From Patescibacteria group bacterium (lineage in GTDB: Bacteria > Patescibacteriota > Microgenomatia > UBA1406 > GWC2-37-13): a stretch of 64,000 nt of DNA. Of the stretch, positions 38,238 to 48,006 are shown piece by piece. The stretch lies in assembly GCA_026004455.1 (NCBI GenBank), contig BPJE01000002.1, positions 5,207 through 69,206 on the forward strand. The letters are read 5' to 3'. Position 1 is the stretch's first letter. The number at the start of each line of letters is the position of its first letter. The notes beneath the pieces were generated by a model. The model searched no databases and was not told the origin of the DNA. It was given only the letters and a program-made list of their open reading frames with translations. Both the position numbers and the translations under genes were made by a program.

Positions 38238-39024
38238 AACTAAGACTTCTTTTAATATTTCTCAAATTGTTACTACTAAATGCTTTCATCTCAATAGAGC
38301 AATAATTTTTGTATTTAAGTTTTTTTAATATTTTTGCAATTTTATTATGTGCTATATTTCCACTTTCGTTGACCAAATCAAGATATGGTTCGCTTATATG
38401 AAAGTGTGCAAGAAAAGGAAATGCTTGTTTAATGCTTTGCTCTATTTTTTCGTTATTCAAAGTAAGTATACCTGTATCTAAATTTAACTGCACAAAGGGG
38501 TGATTAATTTTTTTAACAAAATTTAAAACCTCTACAGTGTTTAACAAAAAATCCGCTCCATATTCTTTGGGATTTGGTTCGATCGCAATTTTAATTTTGT
38601 ATTTTTTTCCAATTTCGGCTAATTCATTAAAAAAATCTAAAGCAATTTTTTCTGCCTCAGATTGGGAAAGACCTTTTTTTATCCTATTTTTAGGAGAACC
38701 AAAAACCGCTGTCTTTATACCAAGAATGTTGCCAATCCATAAAACTTTTTCTAAATAGGCCAAAAGTTCGCTTCTTTTATCCAAATAAAAAATGTTGAAT
38801 TCATTTTTACCATAAAGTAAAGACTGAAAAGCAATAATTTTTACTCCGTGTTTATTCCAAAAATTTTTGTAATCTACGACTTCGCTTTTTTGTAATTTTT
38901 CTAAATTTTTCCACACTTTAGTTGGCGCTATCTCTATTGCTAAAAAACCATAATTTGGTAGCAACCTTAATATCTTTTCATCTTCTGAATTGTTCCAAGC
39001 AATATTAGAAATTGAAAGTTTCAT
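38215..39024 (-). CDS. sugar phosphate isomerase/epimerase (xylose isomerase-like TIM barrel)
   Basis: MKLSISNIAW..IEIAPTK, IAIEPNP, HFHISEP pattern. Confidence 0.65.
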   Translation of the reverse strand: MKLSISNIAWNNSEDEKILRLLPNYGFLAIEIAPTKVWKNLEKLQKSEVVDYKNFWNKHGVKIIAFQSLLYGKNEFNIFYLDKRSELLAYLEKVLWIGNILGIKTAVFGSPKNRIKKGLSQSEAEKIALDFFNELAEIGKKYKIKIAIEPNPKEYGADFLLNTVEVLNFVKKINHPFVQLNLDTGILTLNNEKIEQSIKQAFPFLAHFHISEPYLDLVNESGNIAHNKIAKILKKLKYKNYCSIEMKAFSSNNLRNIKRSLSFVSKIYG

Positions 39025-39792
39025 AATTTACTTTTTTCTTTTTGAATAAATTCTTTAATATCGTTGAGAATTTGATTTTTTAAGTATAAATAAGGCCCTT
39101 TCTTATTAAAAAGGTGAGCGTATTTTGTTTTCATATTATAAAATAATTGCTTTAAATTGGGATTTCCGGCTATTTTTTTTTCTAATACATAACTTGTAAT
39201 TTCTTGAACTGATAATGGCTCGCTGGTAATATTAATTATTGGAATTTTATTTTCTATAATAACGTTCAAGTCTGATTTAATGTTGTTAAGATTATAAAAC
39301 TGAAATATGCTTTCTGGATGAACAAAGGAATTATATTGATTGTGAATAATATCAAAAATAAAATTTTTTTTTAGCCCTTCTCCGAAAAGCCCAGGCAGCC
39401 TAATAATCGAATAATTAGAAAAATGATTACAAATGAATTCCTCAGCTAATAAACGATTTTTCCCATAAGGATCTAGTTTTGTTTTATCTATAATCGTATC
39501 CTCATCAGCATTAACCGGCTGGGGATAAACATCAATCGTTGATATCCAAACAATATAATGTATTTTTTGCTTTTAATAAATGTTGTAATAAAATATTAAT
39601 TTTCTTCCAGTCTTCACTTTCATTTTGATTAGCTAACCATTTTACGGCAGAAACGCCTGCTGAAATTACTAAATTATATTCTTTTCCCTCAATTTGTTCA
39701 ATATTTTTTGAATTATATAAATCATCAAACTTTAATTTTTTATAAATATTACCACCTACAAAACCTGTATAACCTATTAGAGCCTTTTTCAT
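39021..39792 (-). pseudogene. NAD-dependent epimerase/dehydratase split by one frameshift at an A6 run
   Basis: MKKALIGYTGFVGGNI..HLLKAK joins, in a shifted frame, KIHYIVWISTIDVYPQP..YGKNRLLAEEF..IIRLPGLFG..KSKL*. The shift is at 39563..39568. Confidence 0.6.
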
Positions 39793-40946
39793 AACTTTCT
39801 TTCATAAATGTTTAATTCACTATTGCCTAAAAAAATTGAATGATCAATCTCTTTTTCAATAAAATAAAGTGGCTCTTCTGCTACTTCTTCTAAAATTCTT
39901 AAAATATATTCTGATAAAACACTTAAAATTACAAATAACATAAAAAACATTACTCCAATCACTAATGTAGTGCTAATCCATCCTGTCAACAATGTTTTTT
40001 TTTAATCAGGGGAAACTAAAAAGATGTAAAAAATAAAAAGCAAGCTCAAAAAAACTCGCAAAAGCTGAAAAATAAGTTACCAGACGTAAAGGTTTAATTG
40101 AATTAGAAATTATAATATCTAGAGTTTTTAAAACAAAGTCACAAAGTTTTGTTTTATTAAAATCTCTAATAAAAGTTTCACTCAGTTCATTATCTAAATA
40201 TTTAACTTTTAATCCTAATGAAGATTGTAAATATGAAAAATTTCGGTTTTTTTTTTTGCGAATCTTTGTAATTAAGTTAACTGCCTTTCGATTTAACGCT
40301 AAAGTATTTGTTAAATTTACAAATGTTAGTTTAGATGATAATTTATTTATCATTAATAAAAATAATCTTAGAGGTAATTTTATTTTTGAAAAATTTTTCA
40401 AATTTCTTGTCACTACTATATCATTACCTTCTGTAAGCAACCTTAACAAGTTTTTAACCGTAGTTGAGTTATCATTTAAATAATTTAAAAATAAAATTCC
40501 ATCTCCGATACTATTATCTAAAGCCGCAATTAAATTCGTGTCAAAATTGTATTTTTTTGCTAAACTAATAATTCTTAAGTTTTTAACTTTATTACGCAAA
40601 GTGTATAATTTCTTTTTATCAAGCTCTTTCAAACCATTATCCATAACCACAAGTTCATATTGTTTTTTTTAATTTCATCAAATTAATCTCTTTTATTTTA
40701 TCTATTAAGATTTCTGGATTTTTATCGATAATAAAAACAAAGGATAGAAAATTAATTTTCTGCATATTTTATAAATTATACAATGAAATTTTTAAAAAAC
40801 TCGATATTGGTGATATACCATAAAAATAGGTAAAATCATAAAAAACACCTAGGAGGTACAATATACTTAATTTTTTCCTCATTATAAGCCGGAATGATGA
40901 TGTAGACATCTTTAAAATTTTTTTCAGATATTTTTTTTTGAACCAT
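39789..40946 (-). pseudogene. GtrB/ArnC-like family 2 glycosyltransferase, multiply disrupted
   Basis: VYIIIPAYNEE (N-terminus, at the end of ORF 40836..41744), the LKKQYELVVMDNG junction broken at T8 40663..40670, and the C-terminal GWISTTLVIG..SEYILRILEEV..PLYFI as a separate ORF after the T9 tract 39995..40003. Confidence 0.55.
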
Positions 40947-41744
40947 TTTATTTAAAAATTTTATTTCTTTTATTTTAGCAAAAATATCAGATCTAGACAT
41001 TCCAGTAACTTTTTCTATTTGATCTAATCCAAAATTAACAAAATCTAAATCTCTTTGACGATACTCATCAGCACTAATATTTGCAAAAACTCCATCATAA
41101 CGCTTAATTTTTATTGGAAATCGTCCTAGTTGAATTTGTCTTTCAAGCCAATTATTGTATTCTTCATTCATAAATTTTTCAGGATCACGTTGAAGTTTAG
41201 CTAAAGTATCAACTGTTTTAAATATATACACTAAAGGCTTTTCATCAGGAGAAGGCGGTTTTTTTCTTCCAGTTATATAATCAATAGAATGCAAAAAATC
41301 AGAAAATGGAAAATTGGGAAAAAACCGTCTTTCATTTAAAGCATCACCTACCTGATCTATGTAATTAATAGGTAAAGGACCATTGAAAATAAATCTTTCT
41401 AAATCATGAGCTAAAACTAAAAAACGAATAAAATTAAAATTATCTCTTGATTGTTCTGGCAAAATTTCTTTAAATTGAGGAAAATTCCACAGCCATTGAA
41501 AAACTTCATTCATACAATCTAGATGTTTTAAAAGTCCATTTAAATCAGGATTTAATTTGGAATTTGGGTTTTCATTAATAAATTGTTGCGATAATGAGAT
41601 TAATCCATTTTTTAAAGATTGATATTGATCTTCAGTAATTTGGTAATAATCAAAATCTCCAATTCCTTTTTCTCTAAAAAAATCTCTTGATCTTTTGACT
41701 CTCAATCTCACCTCATCATAAACTTGCATCTCTTTATTTTCCAT
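40836..41744 (-). CDS. hypothetical protein (possible HD-type motif) whose 3' end runs in frame into the N-terminus of the GT2 pseudogene
   Basis: 302-aa ORF. FLVLAHDLERF is weakly HD-like. The last 36 codons (MVQKKISEKNFKDVYIIIPAYNEE..) are a GT2 N-terminus. Confidence 0.45.
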   Translation of the reverse strand: MENKEMQVYDEVRLRVKRSRDFFREKGIGDFDYYQITEDQYQSLKNGLISLSQQFINENPNSKLNPDLNGLLKHLDCMNEVFQWLWNFPQFKEILPEQSRDNFNFIRFLVLAHDLERFIFNGPLPINYIDQVGDALNERRFFPNFPFSDFLHSIDYITGRKKPPSPDEKPLVYIFKTVDTLAKLQRDPEKFMNEEYNNWLERQIQLGRFPIKIKRYDGVFANISADEYRQRDLDFVNFGLDQIEKVTGMSRSDIFAKIKEIKFLNKMVQKKISEKNFKDVYIIIPAYNEEKIKYIVPPRCFL

Positions 41745-41781
41745 AGTTTTTATATTTTATCAAAAAAACACCAAGAACACC

Positions 41782-41825
41782 AAGGACAGAACCTTTCAGG
41801 TTCTGTCCTTTTAAGGAGTGTACCT
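41782..41825. repeat. GGACAGAACC-type hairpin plus tail
   Basis: AAGGACAGAACCTTTCAGGTTCTGTCCTT + TTAAGGAGTGTACCT. About 70 nt resembles the copy at 43316. Confidence 0.8.
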
Positions 41826-41885
41826 GGTGGGGAAGAGTTTGTATAATATTTTTAATGATTAAAAAAAAATTGGTTTAATATAGTT

Positions 41886-42521
41886 TTGCTTCTTTCATTA
41901 ATAATATCAGTAAGCATTAATTTTTATTTTTTAAATGTTTTAAATGAACAAAATCAGGTGGTTGAGGTGGTTGATGGCGATACTTTTCAGTTAAAATCAG
42001 GAAAAAGAGTCAGGCTTATTGGTGTTGATGCGCCAGAATATGATCGCTGCGGCGGCAAAGAGGCTAGACAATTTCTTGAATCTATTGTTAAAAATAAGAC
42101 AGTTACAATAAAAGAAGAAGTCCAAGAAACTTTTGGCCGCAGTCTTGCTTTGGTTTATATTGGAAAAACTTTGGTTAATGAAGAGGTTTTGAAAGCAGGC
42201 TGGGGGAGACCTGACTATCGCAAAAACTCTCAAAGAGACAAACTCACTAATGCTTATCATTTTGCCAGAGATAAAAAGCTTGGTATTTTTAGCTCTTTAT
42301 GCCGTCAAGAAAACTCGTCAACCCCTAAATCCGATAATCAACAAAACGAGTGTAATATCAAAGGCAACATTGACAAAAACACTTACAAAAAATTCTATCA
42401 TCTGCCTGGATGTAAACATTATAATGAAGTTGTTATTGAAAAAGATATTGGCGAAAGATATTTTTGTTCAGAAGAAGAAGCTCAAAAAGCCGGCTTTAAA
42501 AAAGCCTCCAGCTGCCCATAA
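41886..42521 (+). CDS. thermonuclease (staphylococcal nuclease, SNase-like) with a Cys-rich C-terminal domain
   Basis: VVEVVDGDTFQLKSGKRVRLIGVDAPE, and C-terminal CNIKGNI..YHLPGCKHY..FCSEEEAQKAGF. The tracked start is TTG. The ATG at 41855 is out of frame because of the A9 tract 41861..41869. Confidence 0.8.
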   Translation: MLLSLIISVSINFYFLNVLNEQNQVVEVVDGDTFQLKSGKRVRLIGVDAPEYDRCGGKEARQFLESIVKNKTVTIKEEVQETFGRSLALVYIGKTLVNEEVLKAGWGRPDYRKNSQRDKLTNAYHFARDKKLGIFSSLCRQENSSTPKSDNQQNECNIKGNIDKNTYKKFYHLPGCKHYNEVVIEKDIGERYFCSEEEAQKAGFKKASSCP

Positions 42522-42575
42522 AAACCCATCTACAAGGTTCTGTCCTTTTAAGGACTGTCCTGTTTAAAAAAATAA

Positions 42576-42851
42576 TTATTTTGAAAAACTAATATTAAGT
42601 TTATAACCCAATACTTCTGCTATCTTTTCTAAAAAACCAAGCGAAGGATTAATATTTCCGGACTCAAGTCTAGCTATTGCTGATTGTTTTGTTCCTATTT
42701 TTTCAGCTAATTCTTTTTGAGTAAGACCTTTTTGAATCCTTGCATAAATTAATTGAGATATTGCTTTATAACGAGGAGTTAACCTTTCATATTCTTCTTT
42801 AACTGCTTTATTTTGTAATAATTCTGATTTTAATTGTTTCCAGCTTCTCAT
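42576..42851 (-). CDS. XRE-family HTH antitoxin (HigA-like)
   Basis: LTQKELAEKIGTKQSAIARLESGNINPSLGFLEKIA helix-turn-helix, located downstream of the toxin gene. Confidence 0.75.
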   Translation of the reverse strand: MRSWKQLKSELLQNKAVKEEYERLTPRYKAISQLIYARIQKGLTQKELAEKIGTKQSAIARLESGNINPSLGFLEKIAEVLGYKLNISFSK

Positions 42852-42909
42852 AAATTTTTATAAAAATTATTATTAATAATAATACTAATAATATAACAAA
42901 TATGTTATA

Positions 42910-43239
42910 CTATTTCAAGGACAATAATCTCTGCTTGGCAATTTCAATCTCTTTTTTTGGTGTTTTTTGTTTTTGTTTTTTAAAAGCTGAAAGTAAGTAA
43001 ATTGTCCTTCTAATAAATGTATAAATAATTCTTATTTCTTCTTTTCCTCTAATTCTTAACTCATATAAATTTGAATCAAGTTTTTTAGCATGTGGCATTC
43101 CTAAAAATGAGCCATAAATTTCTAAAAGATCTAAAAGATGGATTATTTTAGCAATTGCTTGAGGTTGTTGTTTTTTAATAAAATCAGCAACTGGTCTTTC
43201 GCCTCTATTTGTCTCAAATTCTAATATTTTCCAATTCAT
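42910..43239 (-). CDS. RelE/HigB-superfamily toxin (phage Gp49-like)
   Basis: WKILEFETNRGERPVADFI..LYELRIRGKEEIRIIYTF..IYLLSAFKK. Start set at the internal ATG (MNWKILEF). Confidence 0.7.
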   Translation of the reverse strand: MNWKILEFETNRGERPVADFIKKQQPQAIAKIIHLLDLLEIYGSFLGMPHAKKLDSNLYELRIRGKEEIRIIYTFIRRTIYLLSAFKKQKQKTPKKEIEIAKQRLLSLK

Positions 43240-43315
43240 ATTCGGATTATGAATTTTATTTTTTATTTTATCAAAATTTAAAAAAACTAAAAATACCAAG
43301 AAATACCAAAAGTCC

Positions 43316-43357
43316 AAGGACAGAACCTTTCAGGTTCTGTCCTTTTAACGAGTGTAC
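43316..43357. repeat. GGACAGAACC-type hairpin plus tail
   Basis: AAGGACAGAACCTTTCAGGTTCTGTCCTT + TTAACGAGTGTAC. Confidence 0.8.
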
Positions 43358-43369
43358 TTAATAAAAATT

Positions 43370-43597
43370 TTATGATTTTAACAATTGAAAATATTCTTCA
43401 TTTGTTATTTTTGCGGTTCGGAGATTATTTTTAATAATAAAAACAGGCACGGTTTTATAACAAGGAATTACTATTGGTCTAATAAAACCCTCTTTCATAA
43501 AAATCATATGATCGCCTTTAGTTCTTATATGTTTCCAACCTTTCTTTTCAAAAATCTTAACTAATTTTTTATAATGAATTGGTTTAATTGAGGGCAT
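43370..43597 (-). CDS. hicA: HicA-family mRNA interferase toxin
   Basis: IKPIHYKKLVKIFEKKGWKHIRTKGDHMIF is HicA-like. Its ATG lies 1 nt after the hicB stop (TAAAATG). Confidence 0.7.
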   Translation of the reverse strand: MPSIKPIHYKKLVKIFEKKGWKHIRTKGDHMIFMKEGFIRPIVIPCYKTVPVFIIKNNLRTAKITNEEYFQLLKS

Positions 43598-43598
43598 T

Positions 43599-43877
43599 TT
43601 AAGTAAAATTAACAACAAATGGCTCAATTATTATTTTTGGAAAAAATGAAGATTTTTTAATATTAAAACCTAAATCTTTTAAATAACTTTCTAATTGATT
43701 TCTTTTTTTTAATTCTTCAATAATAAGCTTCAACGACTCTTTTACATTTTTTCTTGCTTCTTCTTCTGTTTTTCCACAAGAAGAAATATCAAATTCTGGA
43801 ATATAAGCGACATAAGGAGCATCTTTTGCCTCTTTTTCATAAATAATTTTTATGGTTATAGGAAATTGAATAGACAT
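43599..43877 (-). CDS. hicB: HicB-family antitoxin (UPF0150-like)
   Basis: FPITIKIIYEKEAKDAPYVAYIPEFDISSCGKTEEEARKNVKESLKL. Confidence 0.65.
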   Translation of the reverse strand: MSIQFPITIKIIYEKEAKDAPYVAYIPEFDISSCGKTEEEARKNVKESLKLIIEELKKRNQLESYLKDLGFNIKKSSFFPKIIIEPFVVNFT

Positions 43878-43917
43878 ATAAACTTATTATACTACATTAA
43901 TTTGTTAAAGTAAAAAT

Positions 43918-44032
43918 AAGAACAGAACCTTTCAGGTTCTGTTCTTTTAAGGAGTGTCCTGTTTAAAATTACTCATTTTTGTTTATTTTTATATTATCCT
44001 GATAATCCAAAGGCGACCGCGTAGGTCGGATT
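43918..44032 (-). repeat. composite repeat, copy 2 (REP hairpin, AT spacer, 30-nt GC-rich core), inverted relative to 12262..12384
   Basis: The reverse complement reads AATCCGACCTACGCGGTCGCCTTTGGATTATCAGGA..AACAAAAATGAGTAATTTTAAA..AAGAACAGAACC hairpin. Confidence 0.75.
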
Positions 44033-44040
44033 GAAAATTT

Positions 44041-44072
44041 GGATTCCTGCTTTCGCAGGAATGACAATACTT
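44041..44072. repeat. GGATTCCTGC-TTTC-GCAGGAATGAC hairpin mini-element
   Basis: Inverted repeat read directly. Confidence 0.6.
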
Positions 44073-44202
44073 TTTACCTTTTAAATTTCAAATTATTTAT
44101 TTATTGAATTATTTATTATTGATTAAAAATTTATTATTTATTATTGTTTTTATTTTAGGTCAATTAGAAATTAGTTAATTTTTAAATGTTAGATGTTAGG
44201 CG

Positions 44203-45873
44203 TTAGATGTTAGATTTTAAATACTCTCCTTCTACCATCTCATCAAATCCCAATTTTCGATAATATTCTCTTGTTCCAACGGCAGCAATCACAGCGATTT
44301 TTTTTAATCCGAAATCTTTGGTTATTTCTTTTGCTTTTTCAATCAGTTTTTTACCTATTCCTTGATGCTGAACATCGCCTTTGTCTCCAATAGGATATCG
44401 CTTGTCCTAAAACATGTAACTCGCGGATAATCGATGAGTCAGAAAGAGAACTAATAAAAAACTTTTCTTTTGAAAAAATAAATGATGGAATTCGCAGCCG
44501 AAGATATCCTAAAAGTTTATAATCTTCATCAACTGTCTCAATAAAAAATTCTTTTCCACCGCTTGATGAGTAGGGGATAATGTTGATTTTTACTTTGCCT
44601 TTAATTTTTTGATTTCTTATTTCCCGACAACGAATACAAGGACATTTCTACTCCTTTTTTCTTTTAAATACTTTTCTAAATTTTGGCGAAAATTTGAAGG
44701 AAAAGTCTCAACCACAAGATCATTTCTTGTCAGATCACGCACTAATCGATTAATCCTCACCCATGGCGGAACAATCTCTTTTTTAAATTTTTCTGTTAAC
44801 CGCCATAGATATTGCTCGTCAATTGGTTTGTATTTTCCTACCTTATACCAATTAGCCAAAGGACTATTTTTCACCACTTGAGTTGGATAAAACTTGATAT
44901 TATCAGGCTTAAAATTTTCACTCTCAAATACCTCTTTTAAAACTTTGATATCTTTTTCAAAATTTGAGCCAGGTAATCCCGGCATCAAATGATAAGTGAT
45001 TTTAAAACCAGCATCACGAAGCATCTTTGTCGCTTTGATAACTGAGTCAATAAAATGACCTCGGTTGACTATCTTTAAAACCTCATCATCAGTTGACTGA
45101 ACTCCAAGCTCGATCCTTGTCACTCCAAGTTTTCTTAAAAAATAATATTTCCTCCTCATTTATATAATCAGGTCGAGTCTCAATCGTTAAGCCAACCATT
45201 CGCGATTTAGCTTTTTCATTTAAAATTTTTGCCTCATCTAAACTCTGACTTTGTGAAAATTTTATCTTTCCTTTTATAATAATTTTTTTCAATATCGCTA
45301 TTTAAACAATCAAAAACTCGTCTCACAAACCATTCTCGATATTTTTTATCATAGAAAGAAAAAGTCCCACCTTGTATAATCAACTCAACTTTATCAATCG
45401 GATGACCAGAAAGGTTAAAACTGGACTAATCGATCAAATGTCTGTTTAAATGGATCATAATCTGATCGGATTGCTCTTAAAACTGCCGCCTCATCGGGAA
45501 AATAACTTTTTGGCGCCTCTTCTACTAAAGCGCAATAAACACAGTTAAAAGGACAAGAGTTTTTTGGAGAGGTAAATACTGACAAAGGGACAATCCCAGA
45601 AAGAGAGCGAATCGAGACCACTTTTAAAACATCTAAAAACTCTTTGTTTTTTATTTAAAAAAATTTTTATTTTGAGAAAAAAATCTTTCATAAATAAATC
45701 TCAAGTGCCAAATTTTGGGAAAAAAATCTTTGATATTTTTTTTATCAATAAATTGACGGATAAAAAAATGAAGTTCTTTTTTATTGGTGATTTTTTTTGT
45801 TGCCAAATACAAAAAAAGTTCTTTTAATAACTCTTCTTTCTCTTTTGGAAAAGTCCTCTGGATAATAAAGCAT
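44203..45873 (-). pseudogene. Elp3-like radical SAM plus GNAT acetyltransferase (tRNA wobble-uridine modification family), fragmented
   Basis: CPFNCVYC radical-SAM cluster (45415..45621), ELGVQSTDDEVL..GHF..ITYHLMPGLPG core (44617..45159), and a C-terminal GNAT QHQGIGKKLIEKA (44203..44400). The frames differ between pieces. Confidence 0.6.
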
Positions 45874-45908
45874 ACTAATAAATTTTGACTTTTAACTTTT
45901 GAATTATT

Positions 45909-45914
45909 TATAAT
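45909..45914 (+). promoter_or_regulatory. -10 box TATAAT 5 nt upstream of ATG 45920
   Basis: TATAAT-ATCTC-ATG read directly. Confidence 0.35.
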
Positions 45915-45919
45915 ATCTC

Positions 45920-46690
45920 ATGCCAAACGAAAATCAATTAATCAATCAATACATCACTATTTTAGATAATCTTTACAATAGATACATCAATCTTTTTCAA
46001 AATCAATCAATTGGTGTTTTTGTTTCCGGTGGAATTGATTCTTCTTTAATAGCTTATTTTACCAATAAATACTTTAAAAATTTTTCCCCTTTTTACTCTT
46101 CATTCAAAAACTGGTCTTGATTTAAATTATGTTAAATTATTAAACAATCTTTTGAAAAAAAATCTGATTATTGTTGACTTTGACAAAGAAAAATTAGAAA
46201 AAATAAAACCTACTGTTTTAAAGATCTTAACTGAAAATAAAATTGAGACTAATCCTACTCAACTTTCTTTAGCCTCAGCTTTATATTTTTTATGTGAAAA
46301 AGCAAAACAAGAAAAAACAAAAATCATCTTTACTGGCCAAGGACCAGATATTCTTTTAGGAGGCTATCATATGTATCAAAAAAATCAATATTAAAAACTT
46401 AAATGAAAAGATAAAAGATGACTTACCCCTTCTTGAAGTTGATAAAAAAAGAGATGGAGTTATTGCTCAATACTTTAATATTCAGTTAATAAATCCATAT
46501 TTGGAAAAAGAGTTTGTGGATTTTTCTTTATCAATACCAGCAGAGTTTAAAAATTAACAAAATTAATGATCAAATCTTTGAAAAATATCTTTCTCGAAAA
46601 GTCGGGGAGTATTTAAACCTTCCAAAAAATATTATCACTCGCCACAAAAAAGCCTTACAATATTCAACAAAAATCAGAAAATATATTTAG
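45920..46690 (+). pseudogene. asparagine synthase-like PP-loop ATP-pyrophosphatase domain protein, fragmented
   Basis: VFVSGGIDSS (PP-loop) in 45920..46120 and IIFTGQGPDILLGGY in 46152..46394. Further frame changes and stops follow up to about 46690. Confidence 0.5.
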
Positions 46691-46708
46691 ATTTGTTAAA
46701 ATATATCA

Positions 46709-47900
46709 ATGACTATTGGAGTTGATATCACGCCACTTTTATTTCCAGCTACAGGTGTTGCTAAATATACTTATAATTTAGTAAAAAATCTTCTTTTAAT
46801 TGATAAAAAAAATCAGTATAAACTTTTTTTTGTTTCAAAAAACTCCAAAAATCATTATCCATTTTTGCAAGAATTTGAAAACCTTGGCGCAAAAAATTTA
46901 TCACTATCAAATTCCTTTTAAATTACTGCAATTTTTTTTGGCAAAAATTAAATATTATTCCCGTTGATTTTTTTGTTGGTAAAGTTGATATTTTTTATGC
47001 TAATGATTTTTTTGCGTTCGCCATCAAAAACAAAAACCATTACCACCATCCACGACCTCACTTGGAAACTTTATCCAGAATATCACACAAAAGAGGTAAT
47101 TGAAGCTCACACAATTAAACTTGAAAAAACCATAAAATATGGTGATGAAATCATTGTTGACTCAGAAAATACAAAAAATGATTTGCTTAAACTTTATCCT
47201 CAAGTTGATAAAAACAAAGTCCATGTCATTTATCCAGGAGTAGAGGAGAGATACAAAGAAAAGTTAAAAGTCCCACCTAAAACGGCGGGCAAGCAAAAGT
47301 CAAAAGTTGACGAAGAAAAGTCAAAAATTATTTTTGAAAAATATTTAAAAAACAATATACGTTCCACGTTCTACGTTTCACGTTACATATTATATGTTGG
47401 CGCTATTGAACCAAGAAAAAAACCTTGATATTGCAATAAAACTATATCATCAACTACTTACTACTAACTACTTACTACTTGATACTAAATTCTTTATCAT
47501 CGGTCGTGCTGGTTGGAAAAATGAAAAAATATTTTCTCTTGTTAAAGATCTTCATCTTGAGGATAAAGTGATATTTTTAGGCTATGTTGAGGATGATGAT
47601 TTGCCAGTTTTTTATCAAAATGCTTTAGCAACTATTTATTTATCAGAATACGAAGGCTTTGGACTGCCACCGCTTGAATCAGCATACTGTGAGACTCCAG
47701 TTTTACTCTACAAAAACTCTTCACTTAAAGAATTATTTACTGATGATTATCCATATGCAAAAAAAGGAGAAGAGCTTGAAACTTTAAAATATCTTATCAA
47801 AAACAAAATCAATCCTAAAAAATACTTAAAACAAGACTTCTCCTACAAAAAAACTGCGCAAGAGTTTCTAAAACTCATAACCAAGGACAGAACCTTTTAG
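46709..47900 (+). pseudogene. GT4-type (GT-B) glycosyltransferase split into three ORFs
   Basis: ILYVGAIEPRK / NLDIAIKLY is joined by removing one A from the A7 tract 47416..47422. EYEGFGLPPLESAYCETPVL is the GT4 signature. A first break lies near the T8 tract 46934..46941. Contains ACGT-word and TACT-word repeats in frame. Confidence 0.6.
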
Positions 47901-47927
47901 GTTCTGTCCTTTTTAAGGACCGTCCCT
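47883..47927. repeat. GGACAGAACC-type hairpin plus tail overlapping the GT4 stop codon
   Basis: AAGGACAGAACCTTTTAGGTTCTGTCCTT + TTTAAGGACCGTCCCT. Supplies the codons KDRTF*. Confidence 0.8.
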
Positions 47928-48006
47928 AAACTAAATAATCTTTAATCTTTTTAATCTTTCAAAAATCCTTGTATTTCTTTGTTTTTGTTTTTTTAACATA
48001 GAAAAA

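Noticed and set aside
42534-42565. Full REP hairpin downstream of the nuclease gene.
   Set aside because: Only the right arm (AAGGTTCTGTCCTT) plus the tail (TTAAGGACTGTCCTG) is present, with no left arm, so it is counted as a half copy.
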